DNA from: Rickettsia typhi
GTDB lineage: Bacteria; Pseudomonadota; Alphaproteobacteria; Rickettsiales; JABSSG01
Length of the DNA stretch: 64,000 bases
Assembly: GCA_945905715.1 (NCBI GenBank)
Contig: CAMDPW010000001.1
Location: 17,221 to 81,220, forward strand
Reading direction: 5' to 3'
Numbering within the stretch: position 1 is the stretch's first letter; every line of letters starts with the position of its first letter. Below, in pieces: positions 41,604-50,050 of the stretch. The translations under genes were made by a program, and so were the position numbers. Under the pieces are notes generated by a model. That model worked only from the letters and a program-made list of their open reading frames with translations, had not been told where the DNA came from and ran no database searches.

Positions 41604-41631
41604 TTGACTTTTGTCAATTAACAATTATACA
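41604..41631 (+). promoter_or_regulatory. Candidate sigma-70 promoter of tRNA-Thr
   Basis: TTGACT (41604-41609) is followed by a 16-nt spacer and TATACA (41626-41631). The tRNA starts at 41646. Confidence 0.45.
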
Positions 41632-41645
41632 CATTAATCTACGTC

Positions 41646-41720
41646 GCCGCTATAGCTCAGTGGTAGAGCGCATCATTGGTAATGATGAGGTCGCAGGTCC
41701 AATTCCTGCTAGCGGCACCA
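41646..41720 (+). tRNA. tRNA-Thr (anticodon GGT), CCA encoded
   Basis: The cloverleaf folds by hand. The acceptor is GCCGCTA/TAGCGGC, the D stem GCTC/GAGC, and the anticodon stem CATCA/TGATG with loop TTGGTAA. The T stem is GCAGG/CCTGC. Confidence 0.9.
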
Positions 41721-42439
41721 CTTTTCACCAACAACACTTTAATTTCAGGGATGTCTTGAAGGTGTATTCTAAACTAAAAATATATTTATACTATCATTAA
41801 AGTTTGCCTAATTTTTAACTTAACTACTTACTACAGAGGTATTAAGGTTAATAATCAGCACAGATCATACACTCAAGCGATCATTTTATATAATTATTTG
41901 CATATCCCTGGCATTGATAGAGTACTTTAGAGACATTATTGTCAATTTGCCCCAAGATTACAAGTATTACCGATACAACTGAGGGATTTAACAAAAAATG
42001 CAATGTAACAAATGAAGTGGTTAGGAAATTCAAGAAACTATGGATTATTATCAAAGCATAGTAAAAGGAAACGTAATAAAACTTATAAGTTTTGTAGTAC
42101 ATTGAATTGTTGGGGTAAGGTGTAGTAACAGCCAGATTATCATGAGTCTTGAGGAATCAATTTTTGCAAGCTTTTAGTGCGCAGTGATTCATGTTGCGTT
42201 CTATGATTATGGGCTATTTTATTTGTCTTCTTTAAATCTTTTATTGCCTCTCAATTACTAATGTAACCCTTGCCATTCTCGTGTAAGTAGAGATCTCATA
42301 GAAGAAGTTTCTAGTAAAATGATACCATATTTTGAACGACACAACATTTTAATCAAAGTATAGGTAACTTTTTAAAACAATGTAAATAAAGTTTTGACTT
42401 TTAAAATAAATTTGAGAAATAGTATCACGTCGTTTTCAT

Positions 42440-42873
42440 TATTGCCTATAATATCAGCATGAGTCCAGCTTATACTAATTCCATCTTCATCGATTGTCTT
42501 AATGCAATGATAGTGAATAATATGGCCTCAGTATCATTTTCGTAAGGTCTCATACACATTGTAACATCTGCACTATTACTATATATTTTTTAATCTGGCA
42601 TGTGCTATCATTTGTATCTTGCACGACTTTGGGAGCAGTTATAGCTGGCTTACAATCCAACCAAAGTATCTGCTCCAATGGAAGGCCAAGGATCCGATAT
42701 CGGAGAGTAATATTGAAGTGCTTGTAGTATAAAATAATATAATCCAGGCGTTGATCAGGCAACTTAATCAAAAATTAGGCTATGACGTAGTCACTAAAGT
42801 TCTACCGATTAGCCCATTTTTTTGGCTAGCAGAAGGTTTTCATCTGGATTTTATTATCAAAAAACTCAAATGA
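42440..42873 (+). pseudogene. msrA: Degraded peptide-methionine (S)-S-oxide reductase (msrA) remnant
   Basis: The terminal frame reads QKLGYDVVTKVLPISPFFWLAEGFHLDFIIKKLK*, which parallels the MsrA C-terminus (...TEI..PFYYAEDDHQQYL). An upstream frame reads ...SFVSCTTLG...SNGRPRIRYRRVIL, to compare with F...HDPT...QGND.GTQYRSAI. The frames are broken by stops. The boundaries are approximate. Confidence 0.45.
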
Positions 42874-43074
42874 AGCCGTACTAGCATAGCTATAATCAAA
42901 AGTTCTAGTATTAACCATTCAGTGATATTCATGCTTTTTACTATCATGTTTTGAAAATCTAGCTAGTCTTTTAGGTGGATATGCTTTCTTGAACCTAATG
43001 ATTTATACCTTGTGCTACTTTGATTACATTAATATTATACTTAATCTATGCAGTTGCTGTATATTTTGATAAGG

Positions 43075-43434
43075 TTAAAGAGCTAATCCTGTCATCTTTT
43101 TTCCAGCAAGTAGATGTATATGAAAATGGAAAATTGTTTGTCCGACGCCACCACCATTATTAGTCACTAATCTATAGCCAGTTTTATTTACTCCTTGGTT
43201 TTGTGCAATTTTAGCTATAGTTGTAAAGAAATTTGCCACATAAATTGGATTAGCATTTTGGACGAAATCTTCAAAACAAGTATAGCGTTGTTTCGGTATT
43301 ACTAATAAGTGTACTGGCGCGGCTTGAGCTACATCTTCAAAGCATAATACGTCATCATCTTCATATATTTTTTTGCAAGGTATTTCGCTTAATAATATTT
43401 TAGCTAAAATATTATTAGAATCATATTCGCTCAT
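43075..43434 (-). CDS. HIT-family (histidine triad) nucleotide hydrolase
   Basis: It has the HFHIHLL triad and is 119 aa long. Confidence 0.9.
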   Translation of the reverse strand: MSEYDSNNILAKILLSEIPCKKIYEDDDVLCFEDVAQAAPVHLLVIPKQRYTCFEDFVQNANPIYVANFFTTIAKIAQNQGVNKTGYRLVTNNGGGVGQTIFHFHIHLLAGKKMTGLAL

Positions 43435-43470
43435 TGCATAAGGCCTTTTTGATACTTAATCGTGTATTAT

Positions 43471-43498
43471 AATATAAAATAATAATCACAAAAGTCAA
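43471..43498 (-). promoter_or_regulatory. Candidate sigma-70 promoter of the HIT gene
   Basis: On the minus strand, TTGACT (43498-43493) is followed by a 16-nt spacer and TATATT (43476-43471). The -35 element sits in the same 13-mer, GTTTGACTTTTGT, as the tRNA-Thr promoter. Confidence 0.35.
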
Positions 43499-43764
43499 AC
43501 AAGGGAACGTTAAAATTTAATAAAACAAGCAATTTGAACAAAGTACAAAAGTTAAACTAATGATTCACCATATTTAGTAATGAATGATCGTAAAATTTTT
43601 AAGTACTATAGAAATTATAAAATTAATAGTAGAAGATTTCTGTAAAAGTTTGGTAGAGATAGGTATTTTTTATATTCTTTTAATAAAAACAACTTTACAA
43701 TGTGTATATATATGTATAAATCTTTATATATTTTTAATAATTAAATAAAAAATTGGATGATCAA

Positions 43765-43977
43765 ATGCGTATTTCTTCAGAGCTTTTAAAAATTCTTGTA
43801 TGTCCTATTACAAAAGAAAAATTAATTTATGATGAAGTAGCACAAGAGTTGATTAGTCCAGTAGCTAGACTATCTTTTCCAATAGTTGAAGGTATTCCCA
43901 TAATGTTAATTAACCAAGCAAAAGAAGTCAGTCTAAGTAGAATAAAAAAAATATTAGAATCACAAAAAACCTCTTGA
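43765..43977 (+). CDS. Trm112/YcaR-family small protein (UPF0434)
   Basis: It carries LLKILVCPITKEKLIYD...FPIVEGIPIMLINQA. I preferred ATG 43765 to the TTG at 43753. Confidence 0.8.
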   Translation: MRISSELLKILVCPITKEKLIYDEVAQELISPVARLSFPIVEGIPIMLINQAKEVSLSRIKKILESQKTS

Positions 43978-44024
43978 AATTGAGGAGAATTAGGTCCATC
44001 ATGATTATTCGGTTTTTATTACGC

Positions 44025-44111
44025 GCCCGCGTGATGGAATTGGTAGACATAACGGACTTAAAATCCGTGGGACTTTAGTCCTTGCCGGTTCAACTCCGGC
44101 CGCGGGTACCA
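44025..44111 (+). tRNA. tRNA-Leu (anticodon TAA), long variable arm, CCA encoded
   Basis: The acceptor is GCCCGCG/CGCGGGT and the anticodon stem-loop is ACGGA-CTTAAAA-TCCGT. The T arm is CCGGTTCAACTCCGG. The overall layout parallels E. coli leuZ. Confidence 0.9.
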
Positions 44112-44667
44112 TTATAGTTATGGAATATAAAAGTGCTCATTTATTGTTGAGTTGACATAATAATAATTATTTTCCACGAGTTTCCTATATTGAGCGCTAT
44201 AGACTTAATTTTGCGCTGAGTGTCAAAAAGTTAATATACTCATTGCTTAAATAGTGTTAAAAACACTTTTGCAAATTTGGTTATATGCAGGAATTTTAAA
44301 TTTAAACACTGATTTTTCCGTCAAAATTCTGCTGCCACGTGCTTTGAGAGCTCATCTAAATTAAAGTTAAACCTAAGCCTCTTTATCCATTAGGAATCAT
44401 TAATCATGAAGTTATCTAGAATTGGCGCTATAAGTCCACGCAATTCAGGATTTTACTTTAAATGATAGAAATTTTAAGTTTTAGTTAATTAAAAAAAATC
44501 ATAAAAAGCCAAACATATTTCACTTCAGGTGCGGAATTATTTTTTTTACATTCTAGCAGTTTTGTTGTTGTTTACTTATTGCAGTCGGTTGGTCCAAAAG
44601 AAAAATTCCTGTAATACTTTATGATCGCCTGTTATGAAGAGAAAATTTAGACTTACACATTTCTTGA

Positions 44668-45024
44668 CTACTGAAGTCAAAAATTGTAGGTTCTTTGATA
44701 TCTTTTGTTAAATTAGTAAATTTCAATTGCTATAACTACACATTTTCTTTAGAACAAATAGTAATAGCACTACGTCAATATACTACTTCACAATCATCAC
44801 GAGTAATCCATCCTATATAGAGGTTACGGTATGCTAAAGAATCTTTAAAACAAAAATTGTTTCATAGAAAAGAGTACATGCCTCTACATAAAGGTATCTC
44901 ATCAGCAACTGCGAGTAGAGATTTGATGTTAGGGATTCAGGAAAATCTTTTGAGGAAAAGAAATGCTAATAATAAAACTTGTTATAAATTTGTAGAGAAC
45001 GAAATAACAATAGAGACAACTTAA
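44668..45024 (+). pseudogene. Remnant of a Fic/DOC-like protein (core-motif vestige plus C-terminal winged-helix segment)
   Basis: A single frame reads ...ALRQYTTSQSSRVIHPI*RLRYAKESL...HKGISSATASRDLMLGIQENLLRKRNANNKTCYKF...*. IHPI-stop sits where the Fic HPFxxGNGR motif would begin. S..TA.RDL..L is typical of the C-terminal wHTH of Fic-family proteins. In-frame stops occur at 44665 and 44818, and the remnant is far too short to be a functional gene. Confidence 0.35.
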
Positions 45025-45220
45025 AGACTAGTGCTGCAAGTAGTTGTAAAGATCCACTTCTAAGCGTATTATTTGTTAGGAAAGTGCTTACGCCTTCATG
45101 ATTACCTGCGAGCACTACTTGTTACATTTTCATTCATATATTGATAGTGATGACTAAACTTACAACCGTTTTGGCGTTCAATAGATTGTAACACACCAAT
45201 CACTGTATCAATAATTTTGT

Positions 45221-45928
45221 TTATCTCTTTTTTGGAGTGTTTTTAATCATTCCATAAGCATTTTTAAGCTTTTCTACATCACACGCTCTATCAATCCACT
45301 CACCGCATTCCATATTAAGAAATGAAGTTGGAAATAAAGTTCCTTTTTCTGATGGTAATATCTTGTGATCGCGATACTCCTCTATTAACTTCTTTTGTTC
45401 AATATCCACTAGATGAAAAGGGTGCGAGAAATCATCAATAAATAAATAAGATTTATCTTCTGATGTTATGCATTTGTGTGAACGTATTTCTAACCCTAAA
45501 TAAAAAACAGTTGCATAAATATTTTCTATTCCATTTAAATGATTTGGATTACACTCAAAATCTTCACGAGCAGAAAATAGGTATCCAGCACTTATCTCAC
45601 TCTCTACATGCATATTTGGCTCGATAACAAACTGATATTTAGCAAAATTATCTGGGAATAAATAATGCGCAATTTGTGAAGCAGAAAGATCAAATAAAGA
45701 AGGATTTCTATTATGATATTTTACAAAAAGTATCTTACTATCTTCAAAAATTATTGTATAATTTTGATAATGTTCATCCTCAATAAATTTCTCTACTTGC
45801 TCGGGAAAAAAGTTCATAAAACTAGTTGTAAGAAGCATCATACATTTTTCTGCAATATCGTCCTTAGTATTTGCACTGCTAAAGTCAACACTGACCATCA
45901 CATCTACACCTCCTAGGCTTTTAGTCAA
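45221..45928 (-). CDS. Hypothetical 235-aa protein (ORFan, no motif recognised)
   Basis: It is a long uninterrupted ORF in an otherwise decayed segment. It is acidic and soluble-looking, with no signal peptide or TM segment. Confidence 0.5.
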   Translation of the reverse strand: MTKSLGGVDVMVSVDFSSANTKDDIAEKCMMLLTTSFMNFFPEQVEKFIEDEHYQNYTIIFEDSKILFVKYHNRNPSLFDLSASQIAHYLFPDNFAKYQFVIEPNMHVESEISAGYLFSAREDFECNPNHLNGIENIYATVFYLGLEIRSHKCITSEDKSYLFIDDFSHPFHLVDIEQKKLIEEYRDHKILPSEKGTLFPTSFLNMECGEWIDRACDVEKLKNAYGMIKNTPKKR

Positions 45929-46333
45929 TATGATGTTAAAAATCAGCTACGCTAGAACAATGTATTATACCCATATAAAAATTATTGCATTATAGTATCT
46001 TAACTATGTCCAAATATGGAAAAAAGCCTCGCTACCACTCTTCATCTTAAGAGCTGAATAAAGTTTACTACATACAGTATCATAACTTCCGAAAGATATA
46101 TGTAGAACAAGATTTTTCTGAGTTTACATTTATGATTTGTTAATATACAATCTTTTTTGTTTTTTATCAAATAAGTTTACAAAAATCATCAAGTGAGACA
46201 GAAAATTCTACTTAGCAGGATTGCGGTATATGCTCAAATTTTATCAGGCATACTAGATAGCTGTTCGGACAGTAGCTTCTGCAATTCCTCTATAGCACTG
46301 CAATGATGTTAATATACTTTAAGGAGCGTGGTA

Positions 46334-47071
46334 ATGAAAACAGTCATAGGGATAACTGTGGATTATTCAGAAAAACAAGTCGCTAACGGTGGCTATTCTG
46401 ATAAGCCATGGTATGCAATACGCACTAATTACGCTCAAGTAGTTGCAAGTTACGGCGTAACAGTTATTTTATTGCCTTATATTGATAGCAGTATAGATGA
46501 TTATTTAAGTATATGTGATGGCATATTACTACCTGGTGGCGATTATGACATTGATCCAACTTGCTATGGAGAGGTTGCGCATAAACAAACAAACACATCA
46601 AATGGTATCAGGGAAAACTTTGAATTTAAATTGATGCGAAAAGCTATGAATTTAGAAACACCAATATTAGCCATATGTGCAGGCCAGCAATTATTAAATG
46701 TATTGCTAGGTGGAAACTTAATTCAACATCTTCCAGATTATGTTCATAGCGATGTTATTCACAAACATAATGGTGATCAAGCAGTAGATTGGCATGATGT
46801 CAATATAATAGAAGACACTTTGTTGCACAAAATTGTCGGTATATCTAAATATAAAATTAATAGCCACCATCACCAAGCTGTTGGTAGATTAGGAAGAGAC
46901 CTTAGAATAAATGCTGTAGCTCCAGATGGAGTGATTGAAGGTATAGAACATATAAAATTGCCATTTTGCATGGGAATTGAATGGCATCCCGAGCATTGCA
47001 ACAATGAGTATGACAAAAAAATCTTTGATGCTTTTGTAAAAGCTGCAGAAAAATATCATTCCAATCAGTAA
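46334..47071 (+). CDS. Class I glutamine amidotransferase-like / peptidase C26 (gamma-glutamyl-GABA hydrolase family)
   Basis: It has the nucleophile elbow ILAICAGQQLLNV and IEWHPE. ATG 46334 lies 7 nt after AGGAG. Confidence 0.8.
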   Translation: MKTVIGITVDYSEKQVANGGYSDKPWYAIRTNYAQVVASYGVTVILLPYIDSSIDDYLSICDGILLPGGDYDIDPTCYGEVAHKQTNTSNGIRENFEFKLMRKAMNLETPILAICAGQQLLNVLLGGNLIQHLPDYVHSDVIHKHNGDQAVDWHDVNIIEDTLLHKIVGISKYKINSHHHQAVGRLGRDLRINAVAPDGVIEGIEHIKLPFCMGIEWHPEHCNNEYDKKIFDAFVKAAEKYHSNQ

Positions 47072-47079
47072 TTATTTAA

Positions 47080-47769
47080 ATGAGACTCAATAAAAGAATT
47101 AGTGGCTCAGGTTTTTGCTCAAGGAGAAAAGCGGAGGCATATATCTTTACTGGCAAGGTAACTGTTAATGGCTTTGTAGTCTCATCTCCTGCTATAGATG
47201 TCAATGCGCAAGACGTTATTACAATAGAAGGCAAAGAACTTGCTTGGTTACCTAAACCTAGATTATGGATTTATTACAAGCCGGCAGGCTTAATAACCAC
47301 GCATGTTGATCCATACGATAGAGAGACTGTATTTAATCATTTACCGCCTAATATGCCAAGTGTTATTTCGGTAGGTAGATTAGATTTAAACTCTGAGGGA
47401 TTATTGCTTTTAACTAATAACGGAGCTCTTGCTAGATTTTTAGAGTTGCCTCAAAATAAATTTAAACGAATTTATAATGTACGAGCTTTTGGTAAAGTTG
47501 AAATGAATAAACTTACTGAGCTCGGAATAGGTGTTGTGATTGAGGGAGTGAAATACGGCAAGGTAATCGTCAGGGTATTAAGAGGAGAAGGCATGAATTC
47601 TTGGTTTGAGGTTGTGCTATATGAAGGTAAAAATCGTGAAATTAGAAAGTTGTTCGAGTATTGTGATTTAAAAGTAAATAGATTAATTAGAATAGCATTT
47701 GGACCATATGAATTAGATGACTTAAAGGCAAGTGAGACAAGAGAAGCAGTGATAAATCTAAGGTTTTAA
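47080..47769 (+). CDS. Pseudouridine synthase, RsuA/RluB family
   Basis: It has an S4 domain (RLNKRISGSGFCSRRKAEAYI). The catalytic motif is GRLDLNSEGLLLLTNNG. Confidence 0.85.
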   Translation: MRLNKRISGSGFCSRRKAEAYIFTGKVTVNGFVVSSPAIDVNAQDVITIEGKELAWLPKPRLWIYYKPAGLITTHVDPYDRETVFNHLPPNMPSVISVGRLDLNSEGLLLLTNNGALARFLELPQNKFKRIYNVRAFGKVEMNKLTELGIGVVIEGVKYGKVIVRVLRGEGMNSWFEVVLYEGKNREIRKLFEYCDLKVNRLIRIAFGPYELDDLKASETREAVINLRF

Positions 47770-47772
47770 AAA

Positions 47773-48342
47773 ATGCAAATAATATCAGGTAACTTAAAAG
47801 GCCGAAAAATTTTTACAAATGATAACTGTGACTATCGACCAACAACTGCGCGAGTTAAAGAAGCTATATTTAATATTATTAGTAACGGTTATTTTGTGCA
47901 AGATGGTAAGTCTATTTTGGAAGACGCAATAACCATCGATCTTTTTGCAGGCACAGGCGCTCTTACTTTTGAGTCAATATCTAGAGGTGCAAAGCATAGC
48001 GTGTTGATTGAAAAAAATCTTCAAAATTTACAAATGCTTAAACGTAATATTAAAAACTTACACTTAGTTTCTAATACTGATTTGATTAAAGGCGATGCTA
48101 CCAATTTGCCCCATGCGCAAATCAAGTGCACGTTGGCTTTTATTGATCCGCCATTTAATCGTAAATTAGTTGATTACGCTTTAAGCAGCTTAATCAAAAA
48201 AAAATGGTTAGCACATAAAGCCATTATTGTAATTGAAACGCATTATAAGGATCTGTATTATCCAGATAGCTCATTTATAGAGCTTGATAGCAGAGAATAT
48301 GGAGATGTTTTGCTAAAAATTTATCAATTTATGGGTGTATAA
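47773..48342 (+). CDS. rsmD: 16S rRNA (guanine966-N2)-methyltransferase RsmD
   Basis: It carries RPTTARVKEAIFNII, DLFAGTGALTFESISRGA and DPPF. Confidence 0.85.
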   Translation: MQIISGNLKGRKIFTNDNCDYRPTTARVKEAIFNIISNGYFVQDGKSILEDAITIDLFAGTGALTFESISRGAKHSVLIEKNLQNLQMLKRNIKNLHLVSNTDLIKGDATNLPHAQIKCTLAFIDPPFNRKLVDYALSSLIKKKWLAHKAIIVIETHYKDLYYPDSSFIELDSREYGDVLLKIYQFMGV

Positions 48343-48343
48343 T

Positions 48344-49246
48344 ATGACAATGTTAATTGCTGGTTCTAGTAATAAAGTGTTAGCTGAAAATATTGCTAGA
48401 TTATTAAATATGCCAATAACGCATTGCAATATAAGTAGTTTTCATGATAAGGAAATCAGTGTTGTAATAGATGCTGACTTAGCTTACCAGGATGTCTATA
48501 TTATTCAATCAACTTCATCACCAGCAAATGATACTCTGATGGAGTTGTTGTTCATTGCTGATGCGGTTAGAAGGTCCAATGTCAAGAGCATTACTGCTAT
48601 TATTCCTTACTATGGCTATGGTCGACAGGATCGTAGAATGAGTGATAATGGCCCAATCTCTGCTAGTTGTGTTGCTATGCTGTTAGAATCTATTGGAATT
48701 AAACGTATTATTACGGTAGATTTACATTCTAAGCATATAGAGAGTTTTTTTAGAGTACCAGTAGTGAATGTTTGCCCGCTAAAGAGTTTTGTTGGTATTA
48801 TTACTCAAGAGAAGTTAGTTAATTGCGTCATAGTCTCGCCTGACACGGGAGGAATCAATAGAACTAGAAAAGTAAGTTCATACCTTAATTTGCCATTTAT
48901 AATTATCAATAAAAAAAGAAACGCTATCGGAGAATGCAAGGCTGAAAGTATCATTGGCGATGTAAAAGGAAAAAATTGTTATATTATTGACGATATAGTT
49001 GATACTGGCGGTACTCTTTGCCAGGCTGTAGATATATTATTGGCAAACGGTGCAGTTGGAGTATATGCGTATATTACGCATGGAGTTTTATCGGCGCTTG
49101 CTTATAAAAAAATTCATAATTCATACCTCAAATCTTTATACATTTCAGATAGTATTTATAATGCCAAATCTTATAGCAACAATAAAATCAAAGTACTAAG
49201 TATAGCGCCTCTCTTAGCTGAACAGCTTCAAATACTTCATCAATAG
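48344..49246 (+). CDS. prs: Ribose-phosphate pyrophosphokinase
   Basis: It carries DLHS, VSPDTGG and the PRPP loop IIDDIVDTGGTL. I preferred ATG 48344 to the GTG at 48335. Confidence 0.9.
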   Translation: MTMLIAGSSNKVLAENIARLLNMPITHCNISSFHDKEISVVIDADLAYQDVYIIQSTSSPANDTLMELLFIADAVRRSNVKSITAIIPYYGYGRQDRRMSDNGPISASCVAMLLESIGIKRIITVDLHSKHIESFFRVPVVNVCPLKSFVGIITQEKLVNCVIVSPDTGGINRTRKVSSYLNLPFIIINKKRNAIGECKAESIIGDVKGKNCYIIDDIVDTGGTLCQAVDILLANGAVGVYAYITHGVLSALAYKKIHNSYLKSLYISDSIYNAKSYSNNKIKVLSIAPLLAEQLQILHQ

Positions 49247-49250
49247 TTTT

Positions 49251-49931
49251 ATGCAAATACTTGCATTTGAAACAGCATTAGGAAAATGTTCAGTTTCTTT
49301 AGGAGTGAATGGTAGGCAAATTGGCTATATGCAAGCTGTACAAAGTTTTCAGCAAAGTGAAGAATTATTTTCTATAATAAATAGGTTACTCATAGAAAAT
49401 AAATGTACTTTTCAAGCTTTAGAAGCGGTCGCTGTAAATGTGGGTCCTGGCAGTTTTACTGGAGTTAGAATAGGGGTAGCAGCAGCTAGAGGATTAAAAT
49501 TAGTTTTGCCTAAAATTAAATTAATTGGGATCACTACCTTAGAGCTAGTAGCTAATGCTAAGAATGCTTGTAACAATCTTGTATCAGTGATGAATGCTGG
49601 TCAGAGTGAATATTATGTACAACTGTTTGATTCAGGTCTAGAATCAAAATCAGAGATATTATGTCTAAGTATTGAAAAAATTTATCAACTACTCAGATTG
49701 CACCAAAACTACTCGATAGTAAGTCATTGTCAATTAGATGGCATTAAAAAATACGAACAAGTCACTTTCGATGCCGGTATTTTGCTTGCTTGTGCATTCA
49801 AAAAAATTAACTCAATTAGTATTGATGATACTATAGCGCCGTTATATATGAAATTTCCTCATATAACCAGTCCTAAGAAAGTTACAAACAGCGTAATTAA
49901 TAAGGAATTTTATTCTGGACATGTTGACTAA
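49251..49931 (+). CDS. tsaB: tRNA t6A biosynthesis protein TsaB (YeaZ)
   Basis: It carries ILAFETALGKCSVSL and VNVGPGSFTGVRIGVAAARGL. Confidence 0.85.
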   Translation: MQILAFETALGKCSVSLGVNGRQIGYMQAVQSFQQSEELFSIINRLLIENKCTFQALEAVAVNVGPGSFTGVRIGVAAARGLKLVLPKIKLIGITTLELVANAKNACNNLVSVMNAGQSEYYVQLFDSGLESKSEILCLSIEKIYQLLRLHQNYSIVSHCQLDGIKKYEQVTFDAGILLACAFKKINSISIDDTIAPLYMKFPHITSPKKVTNSVINKEFYSGHVD

Positions 49932-49960
49932 GACTGATTATAAATATTTAAGCGTAATTC

Positions 49961-50037
49961 GGGCCTGTAGTTCAGTTGGTTAGAACGCACCGCTCATAAC
50001 GGTGTTGTCGCAGGTTCAAGTCCTGCCGGGCCCACCA
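49961..50037 (+). tRNA. tRNA with CAT anticodon, probably tRNA-Ile2 (lysidine) rather than elongator Met; not an initiator
   Basis: The acceptor is GGGCCTG/CGGGCCC and the anticodon stem-loop is CACCG-CTCATAA-CGGTG. The C4-G69 and C5-G68 pairs and an Ile-like body favour a TilS substrate. The 1-72 pair is a normal Watson-Crick pair, so it is not an initiator. Confidence 0.85.
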
Positions 50038-50050
50038 TTTATGAAGGCTG

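Noticed and set aside
41561-41800. A 79-aa plus-strand ORF.
   Set aside because: It reads straight through the tRNA-Thr gene (..SSVVERIIGNDEVAGPIPASG..), so it is an artefact.
41881-42771. Minus-strand 73-aa ORFs at 41881-42102 and 42550-42771.
   Set aside because: The first is a Phe/Tyr/Ile-rich low-complexity frame with no start context. The second is antisense to the msrA remnant. Neither has motifs.
41721-46327. A search for att-type direct repeats of the tRNA-Thr and tRNA-Leu 3' ends and for integrase frames, to define a genomic island.
   Set aside because: By eye I found no duplicate of the tRNA 3' halves and no tyrosine-recombinase motifs (R..H.xR..Y). Only gene remnants are reported, and an exhaustive repeat search was not possible.
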